This document shows, piece after piece, positions 13,801-29,060 of a stretch of DNA of 64,000 nucleotides. Below the pieces are notes generated by a model. The model saw only the letters and a program-made list of their open reading frames with translations, ran no database searches and was not told the origin of the DNA. Each line of letters starts with the position of its first letter. The stretch's first letter is position 1. The DNA comes from Eledone cirrhosa (taxonomy: Eukaryota), in assembly GCA_964016885.1 (NCBI GenBank), contig OZ024756.1, positions 18,042,001-18,106,000 on the forward strand, in the 5' to 3' direction. A program made the position numbers and the translations under genes.

Positions 13801-14590
13801 CGACGGACAAAACACAACATAGGAATAACTACCACTATTTTCTCATGTCATATCTCATTACCACTATTATCCTTGTTAATTTTTTAATTTATAATCCTTT
13901 TTTAGTTTTGATCCTGTAAATGTTAGGTCGCACTCACTACCATACGCCCCACCGCTAAACACATCACCATGCATCCACCACCCTCACCCACACCAACACA
14001 TACCACATACCATTGAGTCACACACATACCAACAACACCATACACTTCACCACAACGGTTTACATCACCCCATCTTGTATCAATAATTTCACCACCGTTA
14101 TTCAACATCACGTCTTATATCCTTTCTACCACCCATTTACCCCCATCATCTATATACAACGCCAATGTGCGTACGCCTGCACATATCTCGTGTATGTGCA
14201 CGCGTGTGTATACGCATGTATATATGTAAGTTTATGTATGGATGTGTATATAGGTGTATGTAAGGGTGAGTGAGTGCGTATGTATGTATGCCCATATGTG
14301 TTTGAATGCACCCTTGCACAGCCTTATAATGGTATGGGTCCCCAGACTGCGAGCACCCTTATATCATTGGCGTGCGCACATGCGGGGCCCCGGGCATATG
14401 TGCGATACGATGCGTACGTTAGCCCGTGGGGCCAGTGCGGGAGTCCAGGATGACCCGCAGGAAAACTCCATATCCCCTGCCACAAGCAGACGCGTATAAC
14501 AAGGAACGTCCATCTGACTCCGTGTACCTCCCACGTGTGCCTATGTGGGGTGATGTATATATGGATGTGTGTATATATATGTATATGTAA

Positions 14591-14644
<54 letters not shown>

Positions 14645-14649
14645 ATATA

Positions 14650-14681
<32 letters not shown>

Positions 14682-14939
14682 TATGTAAATATATGTGTGT
14701 GTGTGTGTGTGTGTTTACATCCATGCTCGTGTGGATCTGCAGACAAGGACCTATGCCCCAGGGTCAGTGTGCTACAGGTTTATTTATTTATTTTCCTTTT
14801 TTATACTCTCCCACACAACATGTTTTCTATAAGTTTTCTTAATAGATTCCTCTACTTTCTACATTCTTCACAAAACCATCGTCATACCATATTCCCTCAT
14901 TTGCGTATATATATATTTTATATATATATATTTTTTTTT

Positions 14940-14978
<39 letters not shown>

Positions 14979-15388
14979 ATATATTTTTTATATTTTTTTT
15001 ATATATATTATCCCATTACCTCATTAATTCCTTGTAGAGCATGTCCCCTTTAACAATGCCTAAACAGCACACCCTACCTCCTACCCAATAATAAAATACT
15101 GTAATCTTTCATCTCATATACACCGCACCACCACCACATCCACACCACACGCAGCACCTCACCCTCTACACATACACACCAACATGTCTAGGGATAGCCA
15201 AAACGCCACCACGCCCCGCTACTCACATCAACTCGTCACTACGCTCCCCACCCACCCCCACACTTATCATACATTCCAAAACATTCCTCGTAATTAATCC
15301 ACCAATCAAAACAACACAAACTGACCAACATATGAACGCTACATGTTTTATATGCCAAGTATATTCATTCTGTCATTATTACTACAGA

Positions 15389-15478
15389 GGTCCGACGAGC
15401 TTTTGATTCGAGAGTTGGGTCAGATCAATACAGATCGAACTTTGAGCTGATCAGTAGCGAAACACGCCACGCGTCACC
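15389..15478 (+). ncRNA. Degenerate hammerhead motif at the probable 3' end of the 11.4/13.4-kb PLE
   Basis: GGT CCGACGA GCT...AGC GAAA CACG CCA CGCG TC ACC; U4 changed to C, long stem II insert, one stem III mismatch. Confidence 0.5.
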
Positions 15479-15991
15479 AACCAATAAACGTAATGAAGGA
15501 GTAACCATTCGTCCTTGTATTTAGAGGGTCGGACGCCATGCTTTCCATCATAGAGTTGCGTCCCTTTATGATCTGAGTTCAAATCCCACCGAGCTTAATT
15601 TTGCCTTTCATCCTTACGGGGTCGATAAAATAAAGTACCAGTAATGCACTGGGATAATTGCTGGCCTTGTGCCAAAAGTAGAAACAATTATTATATTACA
15701 CAAGGGCGGTGAATTGGCAGTATCGGTAGGGGGTCGGACATGCTTTCCAGCATAGTTACGTCCCTTTACAATCTGAGTTCTAATCCCGCCGAGGTTAACT
15801 TTGCCTTTCATCCTTACGGGGTCAATAAAATAAAGTACCAGTAATGTACTGGGTAATTGCTGGCCTTGTGCCAAAAGTAGAAACAATTATTATATTACAC
15901 TCTGTCTAGCACTACATCTCGATACTGACGTGAGCCTAAACATCGAGTGCTCACCCGGGTGAACCTACAGTAACTCCGCGTTACACTCCCT

Positions 15992-16081
<90 letters not shown>

Positions 16082-16084
<3 letters not shown>

Positions 16085-17033
16085 GGTCCTGCTACCGATA
16101 AAGGAGAGCATTTTAGAACAGAATAGAAAGGATTAGGAATAAGGCAAATAAAATAAACTCATGGTATGATAGCAATAAATACCAAAGTGTAATGTTCATA
16201 TTCCCATAAAAACCCTAATTAGTAAAACACCCATTTCAAAGATCCCCTTGTGCTGATAGGAAATGCATAGTCTGCAAGCTAAGCCCGCAAACTAACTGCA
16301 AAACTAAGAACATAGTATATAGCATAAGGTGTATTGAGCGACAGTGTAGGAATAAGAACATAACTTACATTGGTGAAACAGCCTGTAGCATAGAAGAAAG
16401 AATAAGTGAACACTGGCGAGAACTCCAGGATGGGAAAAACTCATCAGTACTCCACCAACATGCCAAAATAGAACATAGGGGCACATTAGAGAACATAGAG
16501 ATAAAAATTATATCCACACACAGAAAAGATGCAATGCGCAGACAAATTACAGAGGCGACAAACTTAAAAGAACTCCAACCTAAATTAAACAGAAAACATG
16601 AGTGGAATAGCAACATCACCACTAGTAATTAAGGACAACATTAAGACAGACATAGACAACTCAAACTAATAAAATAAACCAGACACACACAGATAGAACA
16701 AACAACCAATTAGTGACAAGTAAATAAACACATAGATAAAACACAGATACACACACACACACGCGCGCGCGCGCGGATTTAACGCATACGCAAACTAAGC
16801 ACACAATACACAAGACCCAAAAACAAGATCATGTACGACAGAACAAAGGAGAGACAGAAAATAAAAACCTAGTCACTGAGGACGTCACAGAATGTGTGAC
16901 GAAAGAGCTTTGACAATATATAAACAACCATCCCGTTATCAAACCAACCAACCAACCGGAAATTTATAATAAATTGAAGTGAAAACCAACAGGTGCGTGT
17001 GTTTTTATTGGCAACATGACCCTTCCAAAGTAT

Positions 17034-17037
<4 letters not shown>
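16082..17037 (+). mobile_element. 5'-truncated Penelope-like element (Cys linker + GIY-YIG + hammerhead) inserted in (TA)n
   Basis: PFQRSPCADRKCIVCK...CKTKNIVYSIRC...YIGETACSIEERISEH...HQHAKIEH...RQITEA...PKLNRKHEW, then HHR at 16872; (TA)n on both sides. Confidence 0.9.
16872..16914 (+). ncRNA. Minimal type I hammerhead ribozyme downstream of a PLE GIY-YIG
   Basis: GTCA CTGAGGA C GTCACA GAATG TGTGAC GAAA GAGC TT TGAC. Confidence 0.8.
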
Positions 17038-17109
<72 letters not shown>

Positions 17110-17398
17110 AGTTATTTTTTTTGTTGATTATTCAACAAAGTTAATTTCTAACAGATTAGAAGCACTCAACAGCTTTTCTGGAGTATAATTAATTGTTTCT
17201 ACTTTAGGCACAAGGCCAGCAATTATCCAGTGCATTACTGGTACTTTATTTTATCGACCCCGTAAGGATGAAAGGCTAAGTCAACCTCGGCGGGATTTGA
17301 ACTCAGATCGTAAAGGGACGTAACTATGCTTCTGGAGTATAATTAATATCAATAAATGTAAAATATCTTTATGGTTTTATAAAGATATTTTCCATTTA

Positions 17399-17716
<318 letters not shown>

Positions 17717-17953
17717 TTGCGACAGATTTGGAGAATTTGAAAATGTAGTGGTGCCAACGCTAGAAATATCCACAACCACCCTTAATTTAATATCGGCAGG
17801 GTTTTTTTTTGTTATTTTTTCCGGAAACCAAGGGAGATAAATCTTCTTTTAGTACTAATTTCTGTAGAGAGCTATCTCCCTTGATAATTTATTTTTCTCC
17901 TCTTTATTACAATCTTTCGATCTTGTTATCCTTGTGTTGAATACTAAGGTTTA

Positions 17954-18009
<56 letters not shown>

Positions 18010-18141
18010 GGGGAAGGATTACTTCACTCGTGGTTGATGTTCTTTAATAATTCAAATCTCTACAAGTCGTTATTGATGTTAGTTCTGGAACTTTCTCGCA
18101 TTCCGTCCGATTTTCAAACTGGTCTGTTGTGTTGTGTTGAA

Positions 18142-18209
<68 letters not shown>

Positions 18210-18894
18210 GGTGTGTGTGTGTGTGTGTGTTACGGATGTGGGCAGAAATGTTCTTAGATTGACTATAGAGAAGTGATGCTAGGGCTGCGAAATCTTGCAC
18301 GCTTTAATTTCAACTCTTCTTATTAATAACAGTATTGTTTCTTTCCAGGGGCTATGTTGAAAAATAAACCTCATTTCATCATTCCATGAGAGTATCTTCG
18401 TCAGCCTATGAACTTTTCAGTCGAAACTTGTATGTATATACAGTACAACCTGTCGCATGGACGCATCGTCGGCGACAAAACAGGCAACCCCACCAAGTGC
18501 TGAGGAGGGTGTGTGTGTGTGTATGTATGTATGACTGTAAGTATGTATGCGTGAGTATGTGTGTGTATGCGCGAGGACTGAAATAATCGGGCTGGATACC
18601 CGATCGCACGGTTAAACCACTGGGAGTGAAGGACCCCTAGCCTTTGTCAGGCAACTCAGGAAACCGCGATAACTCCGCCATGAAACCTGCGACTCAGTAG
18701 TTACCGATGATGTTCATCTTTTCTTCTTTTCTTCTTGTCGCTCAGAAAATGGGATTGGCTCAGTGCACAGTCTTTCTTCACTTACAGGCATTGCACAGTA
18801 GCATTAATTGATAATTATTAATAATGTTATATCGTGCAATGGCTATACTCGATAACGAGGGGGCAGCAGCATGCATGTATGTATGTATAACTGC

Positions 18895-18952
<58 letters not shown>

Positions 18953-18957
<5 letters not shown>

Positions 18958-19258
18958 ATGTCAAAACGGCCGGTCTCAAAAGTGAAACTAATTTTTGACA
19001 GTTACGTACACGTTATAAGAGTTATTTAAATTTATATATATAAAATAAAGGAGCAAATAAGAGCATGATATGAAGTCAGTCATGTGTGTCTATATGTGTG
19101 TGTGTGTGTGTAAACGAAAGTAAAAGTACACACACATATACACTTATATATGCACACATACACACTATAATATATACACGTCTGTGTGTATATATGTGTG
19201 TGTGTAAAATTCTAGGAAACCTTATCTATGCCCTACATATATTCTTTTACATTCGTTT

Positions 19259-19289
<31 letters not shown>

Positions 19290-19435
19290 TATATACACAC
19301 ACACATGACTGACTTCATATCATGCTCTTATTTGCTCCTTTATTTTATATATATAAATTTAAATAACTCTTATAACGTGTACGTAACTGTCAAAAATTAG
19401 TTTCACTTTTGAGACCGGCCGTTTTGACGTATGCC
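18953..19435. mobile_element. MITE / fold-back element with ~135-bp near-perfect TIRs in (TA)n
   Basis: GGCATATGTCAAAACGGCCGGTCTCAAAAGTG... / ...CACTTTTGAGACCGGCCGTTTTGACGTATGCC. Confidence 0.88.
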
Positions 19436-19447
19436 TATATATATATG

Positions 19448-19509
<62 letters not shown>

Positions 19510-19667
19510 AGTAAGTAAGACCCCGACGGCTGAGCTCAAGCCGTTTCGACGGCTAATTCTGTACAGCCGTCGGGGTCTTACTTACTCCTATTACCCACTC
19601 TACTACCCTAAGTATTGAGTACTTTGGTGCGTTATGGTCCACCTGGTTCCTTACCACTTTTCCTTCG

Positions 19668-19811
<144 letters not shown>

Positions 19812-20129
19812 ATCTGACCTCCGGCATTCTAGCAATGGACTTTCTCTGCCCTCCAATTCCGTTTTCGAAAAAAAAAGTCCATATCGGAGATCAGATTAGT
19901 TGAAATGACACTGAAAAAAAATAGGGAAAAAAAATATCTCTTAGCGAGATCTCCAGCGAGTGCTTTTCTATAAATTTATCCTCACTTCTTTCCATATTTG
20001 TTTCTTTGTAATTATTTTACTGATTTCAGTCATCGTGCCAAGACACGGACTTCAATACTCGTCTTGTCGAAACACTAGATTGAGGAGATATATGCAAGAG
20101 CACCGTTTTTTAAGCGGTGTAAGACGTAA

Positions 20130-20400
20130 ACACAAACTTAGACTTATGTCCGGCTTTGCTAGGTAGCGTATTGGATGACAAACTTCTTTCTACGCACACG
20201 ATCCACTGTTACTCTAGGTGATGTTGATCATCTTGGAATGTACGCCGCCAGGTGATCTTCGTTCTGCCTCCGTTCCGTTTGCATCTGGAAGGAGTCCAAG
20301 TCGCCACCGTTTTCGAGTGCCGGTGAATGTTGGGTCAACAGAGAAATTGGTCGGCCAAGAGGAACAGTCGCTCTAATTATTTTTTGTGGTGGTCGTGACA
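20130..20400 (-). mobile_element. Old RTE-like LINE 3' fragment
   Basis: Minus frame KTVATWTPSRCKRNGGRTKITWRRTFQDD with stops; ends in a TAAGTCTAAGT tail. Confidence 0.6.
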
Positions 20401-21164
20401 TTGCTCTCTTCGGGATCTCTTCGTTTCTTTATTTGTGTCTGTAAACACAGGCACAAACACAATACCCGGATTATGACCATATTTAGCAGTTTACGCTAAT
20501 TTTTAGGACTTCACTCGACTATTTTTGTTTTGTTCTTAAATGTGAACTACAGGCTACCTTAAAAATTTAGTTTATTATTACTAGTATTATTATTAGGTAA
20601 ATAGCGGGCGATGAATTGACAGTATCGGTAGAGCGTCAGACACCATGCTTTACGGCATAGAGTTATGGCCCTTTACGTTCTGAGTTCACATCCCGCCGAG
20701 GTTAACTTTGCTTTTCATCCTTACGGGGTCGATAAAATAAAGTCCCAGTAATGCTCTGAGATAATTGCTGGCCTTATGCCTAAAGTAGAAACAATTATTA
20801 GGTAAATAGCGGTTTTGTTCTCTATTATAAACCTTCTCTTGGTGGTCTCGCGTGGAACTTATAACCAACGACGTTATTGTTCACTAGTTACAATATAAAA
20901 TATATGAATAAATAAATGCTGGAGTTGATTTAAACTTACTCCGAAAGTAAAAATAAAATAAATGAAAAACGTGTAACCCTGAACCGGTGCTAATAATTAA
21001 GTTTTTCTGCTAACATGAATTATCTGCCCTTGGTTTCAAGATCAGTAACTCCAGTTGGCAACAAACCACGTGCCAATTTAACTAGTCTGAAATAAGCTTC
21101 TTTACTGGAAACTCTTTACAGTATTTTAATGTTACCGAGATAATAACAAAAACAACCGCTGGAA

Positions 21165-21286
21165 ATGTCGAAATTAATATCGAGAGTGGTGAATGGAGCC
21201 AAGACAATACGAAATCACTGGAAAAAGTCTTTAGTGTTCTTTGCTATAGCCGGCTATGGTGTGAAATATGCAGAGAGTTTATACAG
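21165..21286 (+). CDS. AGK: AGK coding exon 1
   Basis: MSKLISRVVNGAKTIRNHWKKSLVFFAIAGYGVKYAESLY; donor AG|GTTTGT; phase 2. Confidence 0.92.
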
Positions 21287-21550
21287 GTTTGTGTGATGCA
21301 ATTTTGTAAACGAAACCAGACACTGTCATTATTGTTATGTGTGCGTGTGCTGTTATCGCTATTTGTTTTAAATATAAAAATTTGTTATGAAAAGAAATAT
21401 CGGTTTTGTTTAAACAGTATTACATGTAAGGGAAGATAATTGCTCCCTAATGTGTTTGAGTGTGTTCCGTTGACCCTGTTGACATTGGTTGAGATAACGA
21501 GAGAAAAATACACACACACACATGTATATACATATATATATATATATATA

Positions 21551-21587
<37 letters not shown>

Positions 21588-21693
21588 TTAAAGAATGGTG
21601 TGCTTATGCCGAAGGTGCTATAAAATAGACGGAAAACGAAGTTGTTATCGGCCGTTAAGAAAACTCGAAACCCATATCTCGCATATATGTGTT

Positions 21694-21738
<45 letters not shown>

Positions 21739-24700
21739 AGAGAGAGAGAAAGACTTGTGGTGCTTAGAACGAGGAGACCTCAATGTCAGACCTGTCAACT
21801 CTCCCCGTCGGACGGGGAGATCTCCCACCCACTTTGGGGTAGGTGGGAGATGTCTTCTCTTGCGAAAATGGGTATAGCTTTCATTATGTAAAATCCCCCA
21901 AATTTGCCTCATTTCTCCCTCTTTGGGTTGGCATGAGCATACTATTATACATATATATATATATATATATATATAAAGAATGGTGTGCACGAAGGTGCTA
22001 TAAAATTGACGGAAAACAAAGTTGCCATCGGCCGCTATGAGGAATCGAAACCCATATCTCGCATATATAAATATATATATATAGAGAGAGAGAGAAAAAG
22101 TTTGTGGTGCTGAGAACAGGGAGACCTCTAATCATGGGAACACTCAATGTCAGAGCTATCAACTCTCCCCGTCCGGGGTGGGTGATAAATGTCTTCTCTT
22201 GTGAAAATGGGTATAGCTTTCACTATGTAAAATCTCCCCATTTTCGAGGTTGGCAGGTCTGCAATGCATGAGGAGATGCAGAGTGGGTATAGAGATATGT
22301 AAATGTTAAATCCCGACCTCGGCGCCAAGCGGTTTTGGCTTGTGTCGAAACTGCTTGTTTAAAGAGTTAAACATTATTAGGGTATAAATGTTGAGTTTTC
22401 TCATAGGTTAATCACTACCTTGATTAAATCTTAACCATTTAACATCTCAGGGTATGTCATGTATCATTACATTTTGTCTGATGAGGACGTACTGTTGTAC
22501 CTCTGAAATATGTATAATAAAATTTAATTGATCAAAAGAACATCTATTTTATTAATATTTATATTTTAATATATATATATCGAGGAAACTCGACATTATG
22601 ATGATGATGATATATATATACATGCGCGACTTTTGTTTTTTTTTTCTTTTTGTCTTCCGTTTCTGAGAAATACACATTGGTAAATTTGTAATGCTTCCTC
22701 TTGTCTTTCTATTTTTTCAGAGATGAACTCATACGGAGAGCTTACTGTTCTGAGGCCATTGTAATTATAAATACTTTTGTTTATTTTCTGTTTTATTTTG
22801 GAAGGTTTGGTTCCTGTATCTACCATATATATATATGTGTGTGTGTGTTAGGCCTGGAGAGGGATGGGCTCTGCCCAAGAAACACTATGTCAATACGGCA
22901 CCCCTACAGCGCTATCAGGAGTTACGTGACCATACATACATATATATATCTTTGTGTGTGGTATATATGCTGTGTATATATATATATATATATATATCAG
23001 GATCACTTTGAAACTGGTTAGACTATTACTCAACAGAGTACTTGATACTTGGGGTAGTAGAGTATGGTTATATTATAAAGAGTTGTGACCCCGATGGCTG
23101 AGCTCTTGCCGTTTCAACAGCTAGTTTCAGACTGGATGAGCTCAGCCATCAGGGTCCTGACTCTTTATAATATATATATATATATATATATATACTAGCT
23201 GAGTAGCCTGCCATTGCCAAGCAATAATCACAATAGTATGCGGTTATTTCAAATATTTTTTTTTATTCCATGTCACACCATGTCTCTTCCCCAAAGGAAA
23301 GTCCCCTTGATGAGGACAGATTTCTATACGTCAACAGTGACATATACAAATCCTTAAGTTTCCTTGGGTTGTTTATCCCAACTCATTAGCCCGCCATTAT
23401 AACAACTGGGTGCCACCTTTGGCATGTGTCCTCTGATTGACATCTTAGTTGAATTTAAATACAACCCTTTCGAGGAGAAAGGATACATATATATGTGTGT
23501 GTATGTATGTATATATATATACTAATAATAAAAAGGACGAAGTGTTAGGTCTTCATTACGTTTATTGAGTAGTGACTTGCGTTTCGCAAATGATCAGCTG
23601 AAGGTTCGATTTGGCCTGATTCTGGAATCAAAAGCTCATTGGACTTTTGTTATGGTGAACCCACAATAACTGGACGTTACAATCCCTAAATATATATATA
23701 TTTATAAATGTGGTTGGTGTTAGGAAGGGCATCCAGCTGTAAAATCCCTAACGATATCTGGCCCTCTACTAGTTCACCAGATTTGAGTCCGTGTGGTTTT
23801 TGGCTATGGGGCACAGTTGAAGCAATATTCAATGCAACTTGTCACAACTGTGTCTTCACTGAAGGCTTTGATCAAGCGAGCATTTGATAAAATGAAAAGG
23901 GAAGAAATAGTTAAGGCATGCGCTTCATTTCGTAAACAGGTTGAACTGGTAAAGAAAGCAAATGGCGGTCACATTGAACTGAAACAAGTGCTAAATACTC
24001 AACAATAAATTGGCACAAACATAAAATTTGCAGTGTTTAATTTTTCCGAATTATACCAATTATAATAGATATTTAAATTTACCCGTTACACCTTGTGTGT
24101 GTATATATATATATGTGTATGTGTGTGTGTGTGTGTTCTCCACAAGTGATCCTCGGAAGTCTCTCACCACCGACCATTGGGGAATTTTCTTTTGTTTTTG
24201 TTATATTTTTACTCTGTGCCATCCTTAATGTTTTTTTATGTGAGCCCTTTGTGTTTAATAAAAAAAATCCTTATTATTGTAAGAAATTATTATTATTTGA
24301 CAGAAATATGGCACTGCTAGCATCCAGCTACACCAGAGACCCCGAAATATAACAGTGTTTCTGAACCCAGCTGTAAATCGAGGGTAAGTTTGGTTGAGAT
24401 ACAGCACTAAATATAATTATATAATTTCACAAAAAGTGTTTGGCGTTAAGAATGGTTTGTATGAGCTAGATGTGGCCATCTGATTAGGAAGGGTACACAG
24501 CCAAAGAAACCAGGCAAAAAATGGATTGTATGAGCTAGATTAGGTCGTCAGACCAGTCTAGCGTCAGAACGTGACAACTCATCTAGCCCATGGAAAATAG
24601 ATGTGTAAAAGGTGATGCTAGGGGTGCCGAGTACTAGAGCAAATGCTACAAAGCATTCTATCTGACTTTCTAACAAGTCTGCCTGTTTGCTGCCTCAAAT

Positions 24701-27700
24701 GTCAATCTATTACTATTGAAACTGAACATCAATTTCTTTCACAATAGTTTCTCTGTATATCATCATCAGACCTGTCAACTCTCCCCGTCCAATGGGGACA
24801 TCTCCTACCCACTTTGGGGGTGGGTGAGAAATGTCTTCTCTTGTGAAAATGGCTATAGCTTTCATTGTGTAATATCTCCTCATTTTGCCTCATTTCTGCC
24901 CGTTTTGGGGCACTTTTTCATGATACTCCCATTTGGGTTTTTAGAAGTTGGCAGGTCTGCATCATCATCATCATCATCATCATAGCTTTATGTCTGTTTG
25001 CATGGTTTAGATAGGTTGTCACACTCTAAGGCTAAAAAGACATAGACAACCATTTTGGTATGGTTTCTTATTGCTAGATGCCTTTCCTAAATTCTAACCC
25101 CTTCACAGCCTGTACCAGGTTTGTTTTCTTAAGGTGATACCACTACCACATGACAGTGGGTTTGATGTTTTTTTAGTAGCACAAGCACTACCACTTCACA
25201 GCATGGGCTGGGTGCATTTTATCATGGTACCAGCACTATCACTTTATAGTGTGTACTGGATGTATTTTATCATAGCACCAACACTACCACTTTATAGTGT
25301 GTAATGGGTGTATTTTATCATGACACCAGCACTATCACTTTATAGAGTGTACTGGGTGTGTTTTATGACACCAGCACTACCACTTTATAGTGTGTACTGG
25401 GTGTATTTCATCATGACACCAACACTATCACTTTACAGAGTGTACTGGGTGCATTTAATCATGACACCAGCACCACCACTTAACAGTGTATTGGGTGTAT
25501 TTTATCATGACACTAGCACTACCACTTTACAGAGTGTACTGGATATACTTTATCATGACATCAGCATATCACTTTACAGAGTATACTGGGTGTATTTTAT
25601 CATGACACCAACACTACCACTTTAGTTTTCTTCATTCTTCCTCTCCTCTTCATATTTTACTCAACATTTATTATTATTTTGAACATTGTTAGGGCGTTGG
25701 ATTGGCAGAATCGGTAGAGCGTCGGACACCATGCTTTGCAGCATAGAGTTACGACTCTTTACGTTCTGAGTTCAAATCCCGTCGAGGTTAGCTTTGCCTT
25801 TCATCCTTACGGGGTCGATAAAATAAAGTACCAGTAATGTACTGGAGTCGATTTAATCAACTTTCCCCTCTCCCCAAATTGCTGGCCTTGTGCCTATAGT
25901 AGAAATCATTATTTTCAACATTATAATATTTCCTTTTAATCTATTTTTATTCTACAGCAAAGGAGTGAAACTGTTTGAGAAAAATGCAGCTCCATTGCTT
26001 CACCTTGCTGGTATCTTGGTCAATGTTGTTAAGGTCAGTCGACAGCTATCTCACTTTCTTCGTTTAACCCTTTAGCATTTAAACCGGCCATATGGGCTAG
26101 AATTCTCTCACCTCTTTCTGTTCAAACCAGCCATAACTAGCCACTCATACTGGTGTTAAGGTATTGTTCTCAAAATGAATAATTGTTTCTAATTTTGGCA
26201 CAAGGCCAGCAGTTACCCCAGTGCATAACTGGTGTTTTATTTTATTGACCCCGTAAGGATGAAAGGCAAAGTTAATCTCAGCGAGATTTGAACTCCGAGT
26301 GTAAAGGGCCATAACTCAACGCTGTTAAGCATAGTGTCTGACGCTCTACTGATACTGCCAATCTACTGCCCCAAAATAAATAATATCAAAATCTCATAGA
26401 TTCAGTATTATGTAAGATAAAGCCTCTAGTGCAAAACTACAGTACTAAATATAGTAATGTAAATGCTAAAGGGTTGAGAACAATTTTTATTAAATCTGTT
26501 GTTCTTAGTTTTGTCACATCACACACACTCACACTTCTTATGTCTTCATTTTTATCCCTTCTCTCCAAAATCTTCTCTTTCTAGTTTTTACCTGTTTTTT
26601 TTTCTCTTTCTGATGAAGGACTAGTACCCAAAATGTTAAATCTACTTTATTATACTTCTTTTAAGCATTAAACTCATATACTGTTAATATAATATTTTTG
26701 TTCTTTGGTGCTGTTCTTTCATTATTTTTAAGTATATATTTATATAGAAGGATGAAGGCACATGGCTTAGTGGTTAGAGCATTGGCCTTGCAATCGAAAG
26801 GTTGTGAGTTCAATCCTCAGACCAAGTGATGTGTTGTTTCCTTGAGCAAGACACTTTATTTCACATTGCTCCAGTTTACTCAGCTGTAGAAATGAGATGA
26901 TAGGGACTGGAAAGTGGTCGTGGAGGTGCCACGGCAAAAAAGCACCCAGCACTCACTGTAAATGAGGTTGGTGTTAGGAAGGGCATCCAGCTGTAGAAAT
27001 CAAGCCAGAATCAGTTCCCGTCCCACCCTTGCAAGCAGGGAAAAGCGGACGTAAAATGAAATGAAATGAAGGAACTTGTAGTTTACTTGAAGCATTGTAT
27101 ATGGTATAAAGAATTTGAAGTTTGAAAGCCACGACAATGCAGGTTTATATGCAGAATAATTAAATCGTAAGAAACGGGGCTTGTTTGTTTACCTTAATTT
27201 ATTTATATGTCCTGATATTTTGAGATTAATATCTCTTCTTCCAAGGCTTTCAAATTTCGAATTCTTTATATATTTATATATATACACACACAGATATATA
27301 TACACACACACATATATATACTCTGGCTTTTACAATATATACACTTTATCTTTGCATGTCATAAAAGGCAACTAAAAGGGTTGGTGCCAGGAACAGCATC
27401 TGGCTCTGCAACATTGCCTCAAAACATCTTGTCAACCCATGCCAGCATGGAAAAGTTGACGTAAAAAGGATGATTATATATATATATAATAATAATGAAT
27501 AATAATGAAATTATTGTGTACAGTGCTCAGGTGCACTACAACTCATCAAAGGTGCATGTATAGTACATAGAATAATGTACAAATGTCAGGAAAATGAACA
27601 GTGCATGTGTATCTGTGTGAGTATGTAAAAAGTAAAACAAATATCAAAGCAAATGACATAGTACAATGAAGAAATATATTAGTTTAACACTTGAAATAAT

Positions 27701-29028
27701 AGGAAGGGAGTCTTAATGTTTCAAATACTAGTCCTTCATCAGAAGATAGAATGAGAAATAAATAAATATATATGTTCCATACATAATTCATTTAACACAA
27801 TAGGAATCCATATATATGCTTTTTTTTACAAAAAAAATTTTTTTAAGAAATATACATAGCTATGTGTACATCATCATCATCATCATCATCATCATCGATT
27901 AATGTCCATCTTCCACGCTAGCATATACAGTTTATTATAATAAATTCCTGTATTTTTGAGCTGATATAACTTCATCATGTACACATTTCCAGTTCTTATA
28001 TTTGAAAACAAAGTTCTTTATATATGTGTGTGTTTGTGTGGGTGTGATTGTGTATATATATATATGTGTGTGTGTTTGTGTGGGTGTGATTGTGTACATA
28101 TATAACTGTGTATATGTAAAAATATGTAGTTTCCTATTGATATTTCAGACTGAATATGAAGGCCAAGTGAAAGAGTTATTAACAGTATTAGAGAAAGAAC
28201 ATGCAGACGCCATTGTAGTGGCTGGTGGTGATGGTACATTGTTGGAGGTAACAGTGCTTATTAAATCATCTCAAATTTCAAATCTGTTTAGATTCTCCCT
28301 AGTCACAACTATATACTCTCTGTCTATTTCCCTGTCCCTCTTTCTATTTCTCTCTATTGTTTATTATTTTTGACAGATTGGTGTAAAGTTGAATTAGTCG
28401 ACATAACTTGAGGTTTATTTTTGCCATATAATATTAAGAACAACACTGTAACATGAAATGCTGTAAGCTGAAGTATACCTGTATAAAGTATTAGTATAAA
28501 GCCATGGTTCTCAAACTTTTGGGGTAACACACACCCTTCCCTCCCCCACCCCCCACCCCCACCCCCTCACGGCCATGTAATACCATCAGCGCCCCCAAAA
28601 CTATTTCCAGAGAGACCTGCCTACACGCAAATTGTAAATAATATATAATAAATAAAATCATTAATTTATATATAATAAATAATATAATATATACTATGTA
28701 TAAATAAATATTATATATTTTTTTCATTTTACTATATTTATATATACTATGTATCATTTGATATTTAATATACTATAATATCATCTCTACTCCCACCACC
28801 ACCCTAGGCCCCAACAACCTCCTTGGCCTTCTCAGCGCCACCCCCTTTGGTCTGTAATGATCCATTCAACCCATGCTAGCATGAAAATACAGACATGAAA
28901 TGATTTTGAAAGAGAAACTTACAGCGTATGAGATTCGGCTGAGTGTATGTATTGTGTATGTATATATATATCATCATCATCGTTTAACTTCCATTTTTCC
29001 ACACTAGCATAGGAATATACATACACAC

Positions 29029-29060
<32 letters not shown>

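Larger units (their letters stand above)
10493..14605. repeat. Near-perfect ~2.05-kb tandem duplication
   Basis: Offsets of 2054 then 2050 nt; the only difference noticed is one GGTT unit. Confidence 0.95.

Noticed and set aside
26757-26830. tRNA-like A and B boxes
   Set aside because: They are SINE heads continuing into core and tail sequence; no full cloverleaf.
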